This document shows positions 44,978 to 52,542 of a stretch of DNA of 52,542 bases, one piece after another; within the stretch, counting starts at the first letter, position 1; every line of letters begins with the position of its first letter. The stretch is taken from the NCBI GenBank assembly GCA_023409755.1, contig JAEYRA010000155.1:1-52542 (forward strand), read 5' to 3'. A program made the position numbers and the translations under genes. The notes beneath the pieces are model-generated. The model searched no databases and was not told the DNA's origin. It saw only the letters and a list, made by a program, of their open reading frames with translations. Origin of the DNA: Bacillota bacterium. GTDB lineage: Bacteria; Bacillota; Clostridia; Christensenellales; UMGS416.

Positions 44978-45069
44978 AGGGCAATGTAACCGCTGAAGAC
45001 CTCGCAATAAAAGCAACAACCGATGGGCCTAAGCCCTTTCCATGTCTTACATCGCTGCACCGCTTTCAT
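44974..45069 (-). CDS. Candidate 31-aa Cys-rich small ORF translationally coupled to the DUF1538 gene
   Basis: AAGGAGA lies 7 nt before ATG 45069. The peptide is MKAVQRCKTWKGLRPIGCCFYCEVFSGYIAL. Its stop TGA overlaps ATG 44977 (ATGA). Confidence 0.35.
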   Translation of the reverse strand: MKAVQRCKTWKGLRPIGCCFYCEVFSGYIAL

Positions 45070-45097
45070 GAATATCTGTCTCCTTTTCAATTGATTT

Positions 45098-47815
45098 CTA
45101 TCCATCCTGCCCTTCCAGCGGCAGGTGAATGGCTTTGGAAAAAGCTTCCACGACCTCCGGGTCATATCGGCTCCCAACCAGAGCGCGCAGTTCATCCAGC
45201 GCCTCCTCCTTGGTGTACTGCCGGCTGCTGTATCTGCCGCAGCGCATGGCATCGTAGCTGTCGGCCACCGCCAGAACGCGGGAATAGAGCGGGATGTCCG
45301 TCCCCTTGAGGTGGCGGGGGTATCCGCTGCCGTCCATACGCTCGTGGTGGCACAGCAGGAAGTCGGCCATCCATGCCAGCTCCCGATTGGCCTTAATGAT
45401 GTGGTATCCAACCTCAGGGTGGCGGCGCAACTCCTTCCAGTTTTCTTCCGTCAGCGCTCCCTTCTTGCTCAGCATCTTGGGGCTGATAACAATCTTGCCA
45501 ATGTCATGCACCTCGCCCACTTTACGCAGTTCCTCAGACCGCTCCACGGGCAGGCCAAGCTCCAGAGCGGTACGGGCCGCCAACTCGCTGACACGCTGGG
45601 CGTGCTGGCGCTCCCACGGTACCCGGCGGAAGAGTTCCTCCAGCAGGACAACAGCGAGTTTGCCGTTCTCCTGTTGGTTCTCCAGCGTCTTGTTGCGGTA
45701 CATGGCGTCCTCCGCCAGGCTCATGGCGTCGTTGAAGGGCTGAACGCTCTCCTGCTTGGTGTAGCTGCCAATGGAAATGGACAGATCGACCAAACCCACC
45801 TTATGTCCCTTTGTGGCATTCTTGAGCCGCTCCGTGAGACGAGCAGCCTCATCAGCGCTGGTACGGGGCAGCAGCAGTACAAACTCATCGCCACCCCAAC
45901 GGGCCAAAATATCATCGCGCCGACAAACGGAAGAGAGCACTTCCGCTGCCTTGCGCAGCAGGTCGTCACCGGCAAGGTGCCCAAACACATCGTTGGCCAG
46001 CTTCAGGCCGTTGACATCGCCCATGACGATGGTGAGCGGCAGGTTGCGCTCCACGTCCAGCCGGTGCAGCTCCTCCTCAAAGAACCGCCGGTTGTATAGG
46101 CCGGTCAGGCTGTCATGATAGCTGAGGTAGGCAATGGCACGTTGTTTGTTCTTCTCCTCCGTCACGTCGTCGAAGGCGATCACAATACCGCGCAGCCGTC
46201 CCTGCTGGCGGGCGGCCGTCACCCCGCCGGCAATGAAATACTCCACGCCGTTGCGGGATTGGAGAATGCAGCCTTCCAGCGGGAGCGTTCCCTGCTCTCC
46301 ACCATCGGCGAAGCGCTCCACCGGGAAGGAGCGGGGGTAACGCGTGTTCTCGTCGACGGTGCGGAAGACCTCTTGAATAGGCTGTCCGATGGCATCTTCC
46401 TCCTGCCATCCGGTCAGCAGTGCTGCACGGTCGTTGATGATGGTGACGATGCCGTTGACATCAGTGGCGATGACAGCCTCGCTGAGCGCCGTTATGGTGG
46501 AGCGGAAGAGCTCGCGTTCCTCTGCCAGTCGCTGTTCGGAGCGCTTGCGCTGCACGAATTGCAGCGTACTCTCCAGCAGGATCGTCACCTGCCACAGGTC
46601 CATGGCATTGTAGTCCGTCTCCTTGTTGGCCAGACCAATCGTCAGCAGCACGTCCTCCTGGTCGTTCATCGGCATCAGCAGAAAGGTGCGAATCTCACCG
46701 GCCAACGCCGTCAGGGGCGTTGGGGGGATGGCATCGTGTACCCCCAACAGAACCGGACACCGGCGTTCCTCCACTTCCCGCAGGAAGTCAATGGCGCCAC
46801 CGTCCAGCGGCACCCCATTCTCCGTCTGCCGCACCTGGGCCGACCGGGACCACAGCCACCGTTCGGGCTCACAGCCATCGCCTTTGTTCACGATAAACCC
46901 CAGGTCGCTGCCCGACAACTTCAGTATCTCTTCCAGCACATAGGCGAGGATCTCATCCTCGTCGTCGCCGTCGTGGTTGAATACCTTCACCAAACTCTCG
47001 TTGCGCTGGTTGCTTTTGCGCACTTCATCTTGGGCCAGCACGGTCTCGGTCACATCCCGAAAGACCGTGACGAACTGCCCTGGCTCATGGCTGAACACCG
47101 ACACGTCCAAGTGCTTTCCCTTGGGCGCGAAATAGGACTGGAAACGATCGGGCCGGCCTGTGCGCACCACCCGGGCGTACTGCTCCAGGTAAGCGGGCTC
47201 CTCCGTACCGTAGAGCTCATCCCCCAGGCGCCCGATGGCCTGCTCCCGCGGGATCTGCATGATGCGCTCAAACCCGGGGTTGACGTCAAGCGTGCGGTAA
47301 TTGACGGGTTCCCCCGCCACGTCATACACCATTTCCCGCACACAGACGCCCTCGGTCATCGCCTCGAACAACAGGCGATAATGAGTGGTGCTGGCCAGCG
47401 GCCGGTCCGCTCCCCAGCGCTTCCGCAGGTCCCTCACGAAGACAAGCCACAGCGGCCGGCTCTCCAGCTCCACCAAAGTAGATGACACCTCCACCGAGAA
47501 CGGACGGCCATCCTTGCGGAAGTGAGTCGTCTCAAGAGGCAGTCCCTCTGCCAGCGCTTGCTGGGACAAGCTGTCCGGGAACTCCCCCCTCCACAGGTCG
47601 GTAAGCGTCAGCGCCAAAATCTCTTCCAGCGTATAATCATAGGCTGCCAGCGCCGCAGGGTTGGCCTGCAGAATCCGTCCCTCGGGTTCGGTGATGAGAA
47701 CGATGTCCCGAGCCTTATCAAAAAGCGTTTCAAAGCGTTGCAATGACGCTACCGCCTTTCCACAAATCTCATTCGTACCAAAGAGCGTACGCACTGGTGG
47801 ACACCGCCAGGGCAC
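45098..47815 (-). CDS. Multidomain c-di-GMP signalling protein: PAS/GAF sensor domains plus GGDEF plus HD-GYP
   Basis: Intact RWGGDEFVLLL (GGDEF) and HHERMDGSGYP (HD-GYP) motifs, with several PAS-like repeats and a GAF-like segment. The start is uncertain. The track ORF starts at GTG 47815, inside glpP. TTG 47743 after GGAAAGG is the first start downstream of the glpP stop. Confidence 0.88.
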   Translation of the reverse strand: MPWRCPPVRTLFGTNEICGKAVASLQRFETLFDKARDIVLITEPEGRILQANPAALAAYDYTLEEILALTLTDLWRGEFPDSLSQQALAEGLPLETTHFRKDGRPFSVEVSSTLVELESRPLWLVFVRDLRKRWGADRPLASTTHYRLLFEAMTEGVCVREMVYDVAGEPVNYRTLDVNPGFERIMQIPREQAIGRLGDELYGTEEPAYLEQYARVVRTGRPDRFQSYFAPKGKHLDVSVFSHEPGQFVTVFRDVTETVLAQDEVRKSNQRNESLVKVFNHDGDDEDEILAYVLEEILKLSGSDLGFIVNKGDGCEPERWLWSRSAQVRQTENGVPLDGGAIDFLREVEERRCPVLLGVHDAIPPTPLTALAGEIRTFLLMPMNDQEDVLLTIGLANKETDYNAMDLWQVTILLESTLQFVQRKRSEQRLAEERELFRSTITALSEAVIATDVNGIVTIINDRAALLTGWQEEDAIGQPIQEVFRTVDENTRYPRSFPVERFADGGEQGTLPLEGCILQSRNGVEYFIAGGVTAARQQGRLRGIVIAFDDVTEEKNKQRAIAYLSYHDSLTGLYNRRFFEEELHRLDVERNLPLTIVMGDVNGLKLANDVFGHLAGDDLLRKAAEVLSSVCRRDDILARWGGDEFVLLLPRTSADEAARLTERLKNATKGHKVGLVDLSISIGSYTKQESVQPFNDAMSLAEDAMYRNKTLENQQENGKLAVVLLEELFRRVPWERQHAQRVSELAARTALELGLPVERSEELRKVGEVHDIGKIVISPKMLSKKGALTEENWKELRRHPEVGYHIIKANRELAWMADFLLCHHERMDGSGYPRHLKGTDIPLYSRVLAVADSYDAMRCGRYSSRQYTKEEALDELRALVGSRYDPEVVEAFSKAIHLPLEGQDG

Positions 47816-48335
47816 CAGCCGCCAGCGCGTCGATGATCTCCGACCGTTCCGTCACCATGCCGCCGGCGATGACTGGCCTGCCCGCCCCACCAAACTGTCC
47901 AATGGCCTTGGGAATGAGCCCCGGCATGATCTCAACAAAGTCCGGCCCGCTCTGGCAGACCAACTGGATCCCGCTGCGGATGGAGGCACTGTCCAACAGG
48001 AAGACCCGCTGTACCGCCAATAACCCCAGTTCCTTGGCCTTTCGCACCAGGTTGGATCGGGTGGTGATGATGCCCGCCGGCTGCCAGTGGCGGGCGGCGT
48101 AAATGAGCCCCGCCTCGTCCCGCCCAACGCCTTCGATGAGATCCATGTGCAGGAACACCAGCTTGTCTCCAGCGGCCAGTTCGGTCAAAATGTCATCCAT
48201 TGTGAGGATCGTGCCGCCCAGCACAAAGGCCACCGACACCGGGGAACGCGCTGCGTTGCGGGCGTCCTCGGCCGTCTTGACGGCGGCAATGACCGGTCCG
48301 TCCGCCATGGCGGCATAGGCATCTTGAAAGGTCAT
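47769..48335 (-). CDS. glpP: Glycerol-3-phosphate responsive antiterminator GlpP family protein
   Basis: 188 aa with the layout typical of GlpP (PVIAAVK ... VFLHMDLIEGVG ... GIITTRSNLVRKAKELG ... FVEIMPG). The call is from recollected family similarity. Confidence 0.8.
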   Translation of the reverse strand: MTFQDAYAAMADGPVIAAVKTAEDARNAARSPVSVAFVLGGTILTMDDILTELAAGDKLVFLHMDLIEGVGRDEAGLIYAARHWQPAGIITTRSNLVRKAKELGLLAVQRVFLLDSASIRSGIQLVCQSGPDFVEIMPGLIPKAIGQFGGAGRPVIAGGMVTERSEIIDALAAGALAVSTSAYALWYE

Positions 48336-48394
48336 GCCGCTCCCTCCCCGCCCTTTTCAAATCTGGCTGAGTACGAACCCATCCGTTTAAAATG

Positions 48395-48418
48395 AGAGGG
48401 AAGCGTCGTGCTTCCCTC
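48395..48418 (-). terminator. Hairpin plus U-rich tract between the acyl-CoA ligase and glpP
   Basis: Minus RNA is GAGGGAAGC-ACGAC-GCUUCCCUC followed by UCAUUUUAAA. It lies downstream of a TTGACA-18-TATGAT element (48463-48434), so it may be a terminator of the ligase gene or a glpP leader attenuator. Confidence 0.45.
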
Positions 48419-48475
48419 CTTGGATGCTATTTTATCATACGGTACCTGCTGGTACCCTGTCAAGGAAAAGAGCGC

Positions 48476-50140
48476 TCACGCTGTCTCGATCGCGTCAGCT
48501 TCCTCCAGATGAAGAAGGGCTACACCCATCTCCCGCAGCTTAAACTTCTGGATCTTCCCACTGGCAGTCATGGGGAACTCGTCCACAAAGTGGATGTAGC
48601 GAGGGGCCTTATGGCGGGAAAGACGCTCCCGGGTGTAGGCTACCAGGTCCTCGGCGGTCGCACCGCCCTGCTCCTTCAGAATGACGAAGGCACAGACCTC
48701 CTCGCCATAAACCTTATCGGGGACACCGACAACCTGCACATCCCGCACCGCAGGATGGGTGTACAGGAACTCCTCGATCTCCCGTGGGTAGATGTTCTCG
48801 CCGCCGCGGATGATCATGTCCTTCAATCGCCCGGTAATCTTGAAGTACCCCTCATCATCCATCGTGCCCAGGTCGCCAGTGTGCAGCCAGCCATCTTCAT
48901 CGATGGCCTGGCGAGTGGCTTCGGGCATCTTGTAGTAACCCTTCATGATGTTGAAACCGCGCGCCACAATCTCCCCCTGGGTGTCGGGCGGCAGGTCGCA
49001 GCCGGTTTCGGGGTCGACAATCTTGACCTCCATGTTAGGCAGCACCTTGCCAACGGTGGCCACGCGCTTTTCGATGGGGTCGTAGGTGCGGGTTTGGGTG
49101 ACGACCGGTGAGGCCTCTGTCTGACCATAGGCGATGGTAATCTCCGACATATTCATCTCGTCCACCACGCGGCGCATCACCTGCACCGGGCAAGGCGAAC
49201 CGGCCATGATGCCGGTGCGCAGTGACGAGTAGTCGTACTTCTTGAAGTCAGCATGCTCCAGGATGGCGATGAACATGGTGGGTACGCCGTGCAGAGCGGT
49301 GCAACGTTCCCGCTCCACTGCCTGCATCACCTTGAGGGGGTTGAAGTGCTCGATCATGACCATGGTGGTGGCGTGGGTGACCGAGGCCATGACGCCCAAC
49401 ACACAGCCGAAGCAATGGAACAGCGGCACCGGGATGCAAAGCCGGTCGGCGGTGGAGAACGCCATACAGTCGCCAATCATCTTGCCATCGTTGATGACGT
49501 TGTAGTGGGTCAGCATGACGCCTTTGGGAAAGCCGGTGGTGCCGGACGTGTACTGCATGTTGATGACGTCATGGGGCGTGAGCTCCGCCTTACGGGCGGC
49601 AAGCGCCGCGTCCGACACAGACTCGCCCATGGCATAGAGGTCGTCAAAGGCGAACATGCCCGGCTCACGCCTATCCCCCACCAGGATGACGTTCTTGAGG
49701 CAAGGCAGCCGGCGGGAGGCAAGCATGCCCGGCTCGCTGCCCGCAAGCTCCGGGCACAGCTCATGGACGATGCCGGTGTAGCTGGAGTCCTTGAACCCCT
49801 CGGTCAACACCAGTGTCATGGAATCAGACTGCCGCAGCAAATACTCAGCCTCAAAAATCTTGTAATTGGTGTTGACTGTGACCAGCACTGCGCCCATCTT
49901 GGCGGTGGAGAACATGCACAACAGCCACTCCGGGTAGTTGGTGGCCCAGATGGACACATGGTCGCCCTTGCCCACCCCCATGGCCATGAAACCCTTGGCC
50001 AGCCGGTCGCAGCGGTCATTGAACTCCCGATAGGTCCAACGCACCCCCTCATGGGGATAGACGACCGCTTCCTGGTCGGGGTGGTTAGCCGCCTGCTGTT
50101 CCAAAAGCTGCCCGATCGTACAGTTGAGCATCTGTTCCAT
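48476..50140 (-). CDS. AMP-binding acyl-CoA synthetase/ligase (ANL superfamily)
   Basis: Core motifs YTSGTTGFPKGVMLTH, GWLHTGDLG and PMTASGKIQK. RBS GAGGTGGGGGA precedes ATG 50140. Confidence 0.9.
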   Translation of the reverse strand: MEQMLNCTIGQLLEQQAANHPDQEAVVYPHEGVRWTYREFNDRCDRLAKGFMAMGVGKGDHVSIWATNYPEWLLCMFSTAKMGAVLVTVNTNYKIFEAEYLLRQSDSMTLVLTEGFKDSSYTGIVHELCPELAGSEPGMLASRRLPCLKNVILVGDRREPGMFAFDDLYAMGESVSDAALAARKAELTPHDVINMQYTSGTTGFPKGVMLTHYNVINDGKMIGDCMAFSTADRLCIPVPLFHCFGCVLGVMASVTHATTMVMIEHFNPLKVMQAVERERCTALHGVPTMFIAILEHADFKKYDYSSLRTGIMAGSPCPVQVMRRVVDEMNMSEITIAYGQTEASPVVTQTRTYDPIEKRVATVGKVLPNMEVKIVDPETGCDLPPDTQGEIVARGFNIMKGYYKMPEATRQAIDEDGWLHTGDLGTMDDEGYFKITGRLKDMIIRGGENIYPREIEEFLYTHPAVRDVQVVGVPDKVYGEEVCAFVILKEQGGATAEDLVAYTRERLSRHKAPRYIHFVDEFPMTASGKIQKFKLREMGVALLHLEEADAIETA

Positions 50141-50154
50141 GTGTCCCCCACCTC

Positions 50155-50446
50155 ATGCAAAAAATAAGAACGACCCTTCACCTGCCAGAGGCGAAGGGTC
50201 GTTTCGCGGTACCACTCTGATTGACGCCGAAGCGTCATCTCCACGGGCACAGAATGCCCTGTCCGGGGTTACGGCCGGCCACCGTCCAAGCCTACCAGCT
50301 CAGGCATCGCCTAAGATGCCATTGCCTTCGGTTGGCTACTCCGGGGCGAGAAGGAAACCGCTTGCCCTACCGCCTTGCACCACCCGGCGGCTCTCTGCGT
50401 GGACGTGGCGTTTCCGCATCCCCATCGTCGTATTTTCCGCTATTTT
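50155..50446 (-). promoter_or_regulatory. T-box riboswitch leader
   Basis: The minus RNA shows all the expected parts. Stem I has AG bulge AGAGAG and distal loop GGGUGGUGCAA on stem CCGCC/GGCGG. Stem III is GACGC-UUCG-GCGUC. The T-box sequence is AGAGUGGUACCGCG (50218-50205). The antiterminator is AGAG-UGGUACC-GCGAA...UUCGC-CUCU. The competing terminator is AACGACCCUUC...GAAGGGUCGUU plus U6 (50155-50203), directly before the RBS. Confidence 0.85.
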
Positions 50447-50452
50447 ACTGGG

Positions 50453-50481
50453 ATTATATGCTCTGCGCAACCGGATGTCAA
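50453..50481 (-). promoter_or_regulatory. Consensus sigma-70 promoter of the T-box leader
   Basis: On the minus strand, TTGACA (50481-50476), a 17-nt spacer and TATAAT (50458-50453). Confidence 0.65.
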
Positions 50482-50668
50482 TCCTTGTACTCCCGCCGTG
50501 TTTCCGCTTTATTGTCCGCCTTTGTTGAGCGAGCCATTGCGGGGTGTGCTGAGGACTTCCTCAACGTCCCAGCTTCTTACAAGTGAGCATGACACGGTGG
50601 CTTTACGGTCGTTCTGATTGCGGAAAAACCGCAGAAGCGGCTTTCCAGACTTTCCAGCACATTGAGTT

Positions 50669-51331
50669 CTACACAATAAAGAAATTGTCGTGACCGGGGA
50701 TGACGATGTCGGCATTACCCCGCACCCAGGCTAGGGACTGCTGGGCGGCTTCGGCATCCTCCTCGTATTCGCAGGTGGAGTGGCGGAAGTGGGGCCGCGA
50801 CATGACCGCGTCGCCGGTGGCCACGATGCGCCGCCCCTCGTGGCAGAAGGCAACGCCGTGGACGTCCCGCGTGTGGCCGGGCAGTGGCACCACACACACG
50901 CCGGGCAGGAACTCGCCTACGGCGGGCAGCACGCGGCTCTCGTCAATGCCAGGCGTGCCACGCAGGCGTTCGATGGTCGCCGGGGCCGCCAGCCACTGCG
51001 CCTGGGGGAAGTAGTTGCACCCCACGGCGTGGTCGCCATGGCAGTGAGTGATGAAACAATGGGTGACGGCCTCGGGCCGCAAGCCGCTGCGGCGGTTGAG
51101 GTCGAACCAGAATTCCTCGGGCCGCACTCGCTCGGTGGGGTCGATGACAAGCACATAGGGCGTGCCATCGGCCTGCACCCCGCGCATCAGGGTGGATGTG
51201 CAGGTGAACGGCTTGCCACGGGGACGGTTGTCCTCCCGCTCGCCGTAGTAGCGGTTCCAGCTGATGTGGCCGATGACGAGGATTTCCCAGTCGAGCACAC
51301 TGCTTTGCGGGGTGGGGAAGGGCATGGACAT
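50669..51331 (-). CDS. MBL-fold metallo-hydrolase
   Basis: THCHGDH (HxHxDH) motif and the downstream His/Asp ligands (PGHTRD, TGD). The start is trimmed to ATG 51331 after GGAGG. The remaining 381 codons of the track ORF are antisense to the methyltransferase gene. Confidence 0.85.
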   Translation of the reverse strand: MSMPFPTPQSSVLDWEILVIGHISWNRYYGEREDNRPRGKPFTCTSTLMRGVQADGTPYVLVIDPTERVRPEEFWFDLNRRSGLRPEAVTHCFITHCHGDHAVGCNYFPQAQWLAAPATIERLRGTPGIDESRVLPAVGEFLPGVCVVPLPGHTRDVHGVAFCHEGRRIVATGDAVMSRPHFRHSTCEYEEDAEAAQQSLAWVRGNADIVIPGHDNFFIV

Positions 51332-51610
51332 GGCAAGCCTCCGGTGCCGTCGGCGGGCGACGGGTTGTGGCAGAAGTATAGCAGGTTTTGCCGGGTGCCG
51401 CCAAGCAGAGGTATACAACAACGGGGCGGCCCCGGCTGCCCCGTTTCTGCAATCCACCCGCCACAGCCCCGTACGCCGGGGTGCACTGCACAGCGAGTCT
51501 TGATGGAATTTCGCTTTTAGCATGATTATATTACCACAGATTGGCGAAAATGTCAAGCCTTGCGGCCCTGCGCACACGGGTGTAAAGAATATAAGAAGGA
51601 GTTGATGCAC

Positions 51611-52525
51611 ATGGCAAACACAATCTCCACCGCGCTGGTGAGCGCTTTCGCCCGCGCCTTCCACCACCGGCACCACAACCCAGCCATCTACGACGACCCA
51701 CTGGCCGACCGCCTGCTGACCCCACAGGAATACGAAGGCATCGCCCACCACATGTCTGAGGGCATCGGGTTCTTCTGCCCCGGTTTTACCGGCAGCGAGG
51801 AGGAAGCCCTGCACTGGGTGGTGGACCAGCAGCTCTCCCCCACGCCGGTGGGTCGGGCAGCCTTTGCTGAGGAGGCGTTGGAGCGGGCCTGCGGGCAGGG
51901 CTTGGCGCAGTACGTGAACATCGCCGCGGGGTACGACACCTTCGCCTGCCGCGCGCCTGCCTGGGCCGATGGCTTGCAGATGTGGGAACTGGACCACCCC
52001 GCCACCGGGCAGGACAAACAGGCGCGGTTGCGGGCCGCCGGCATCGCCCTGCCCGGCAACGTACACGTTCTCTCCATCGACCTCAACCAGCAGGACTGGG
52101 CCCACGCCCTGCGTACCGACCCTACGTTCCACCCGGAGCGCCCGTGCTTTTTCGCCTTCCTCGGCATCTCCTACTATCTGGCGGAGGATGCCCTGCGTAA
52201 CGCGTTTCGTTCGCTGGCGACCCTGTCGCCCCGTAGCAGCCTGCTCGCCTTCGATTACCCCGACGAAGACGCCCTGACGGACCGGGCCGGCAGCCGCGCC
52301 AAGCGCCAGGCAGCGCTGGCCGCAACAGCCGGTGAGCCCATGCTGGCGGGGTACTCCCCCCAACGGATGGAAGCCCTGCTGGCGGACTGCGGCTTTAGGG
52401 TGGTGGAACACCTCGCCCCGCCGCAGATCACCGAACGGTTCTTCCGCGCCCACAACGAAGCCGACCCCACTCACGCCATGACGGCCTTTGACAACGTCAA
52501 CTACTGCCTGGCCATGCGGGCATGA
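51611..52525 (+). CDS. Class I SAM-dependent methyltransferase (LCM/O-methyltransferase-like family)
   Basis: The motif YVNIAAGYDTFA resembles the V-x-L-G-A-G-x-D-T SAM motif of the leucine carboxyl/O-methyltransferase family. ATG 51611 lies 9 nt after AAGGAG; ATG 51605 is an alternative. Confidence 0.8.
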   Translation: MANTISTALVSAFARAFHHRHHNPAIYDDPLADRLLTPQEYEGIAHHMSEGIGFFCPGFTGSEEEALHWVVDQQLSPTPVGRAAFAEEALERACGQGLAQYVNIAAGYDTFACRAPAWADGLQMWELDHPATGQDKQARLRAAGIALPGNVHVLSIDLNQQDWAHALRTDPTFHPERPCFFAFLGISYYLAEDALRNAFRSLATLSPRSSLLAFDYPDEDALTDRAGSRAKRQAALAATAGEPMLAGYSPQRMEALLADCGFRVVEHLAPPQITERFFRAHNEADPTHAMTAFDNVNYCLAMRA

Positions 52526-52542
52526 ATGTCGCGGGGGGGGCG

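Noticed and set aside
50323-50329. GAAGGCA in the T-box leader, identical to the glyQS specifier context (GAA-GGC-A), suggesting a glycine T-box
   Set aside because: It lies ~45 nt 3' of the distal platform, outside the stem I that I can fold. It has no matching AGUA S-turn strand or helix on the 5' side, so it more likely belongs to stem II. It cannot be fully excluded without a covariance-model alignment.
51332-52474. N-terminal 381 codons of the 601-aa minus-strand ORF 50669-52474
   Set aside because: Only the C-terminal 220 aa (from ATG 51331, which has its own GGAGG RBS) look like an MBL hydrolase. The rest is antisense to the well-formed + strand methyltransferase gene and is Gly/Arg/Pro/Val-rich.
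1-52542. Searched for CRISPR arrays, IS elements or transposases, integrases, prophage genes, toxin-antitoxin pairs, defence systems and rRNA genes
   Set aside because: There are no regularly spaced direct repeats, and no ORF carries DDE/HUH transposase, tyrosine or serine recombinase, Cas, or restriction-modification motifs. None are supported by the sequence.

Overview
High-GC Clostridia-type chromosomal segment. The gene content looks Oscillospiraceae/Ruminococcaceae-like, but the taxon cannot be proven from the sequence alone. GC is roughly 60-65% by eye, with two visibly AT-richer patches at ~300-2460 and ~42650-45100.

Coding content, in order:
- A low-GC GH36 alpha-galactosidase next to a degenerate tRNA-like fragment.
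- A tightly overlapped [FeFe]-hydrogenase maturation operon on the minus strand: TM1266-like regulator, aspartase-family lyase, hydF, hydE, hydG. No hydA is present in the window.
- A heterodimeric ABC exporter pair with a divergent LysR regulator.
- A cell-envelope trio: phosphodiester glycosidase, small membrane protein, GT2-GtrA fusion.
- An aldo/keto reductase and a CDF metal exporter.
- A GlpA-like / NAD(P)-FAD oxidoreductase / DUF1667 glycerol-3-phosphate dehydrogenase-type operon.
- A large carbohydrate-utilisation region: YesM/YesN-type two-component system, three family-1 solute-binding lipoproteins, two Lpl-type ABC permease pairs, Gfo/Idh/MocA oxidoreductase, TIM-barrel sugar isomerase, RpiB, clan-A glycosidase, GH2, two AraC regulators.
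- A co-directional glpP, PAS/GAF/GGDEF/HD-GYP, small ORF, DUF1538, P-II, P-II cluster.
- An AMP-binding acyl-CoA ligase, an MBL-fold hydrolase and a SAM methyltransferase.

No CRISPR array, transposase, integrase or rRNA was seen.

The most interesting signals are RNA-level:
1. A ~620-nt hairpin-dense non-coding segment (39090-39711) with long-range complementarities, which is a candidate large structured RNA.
2. A clear T-box leader in front of an acyl-CoA ligase, an atypical target.
3. An unclassified promoter/terminator/antiterminator leader in front of the hydrogenase maturation operon.
4. A czcD/NiCo-like four-way-junction riboswitch with a Fur-like box in front of the CDF exporter.
5. 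A leader terminator in front of the glp-type operon, with a GlpP antiterminator gene 27 kb away.

Many long ORFs in the supplied track are antisense shadows typical of high-GC DNA and were rejected.
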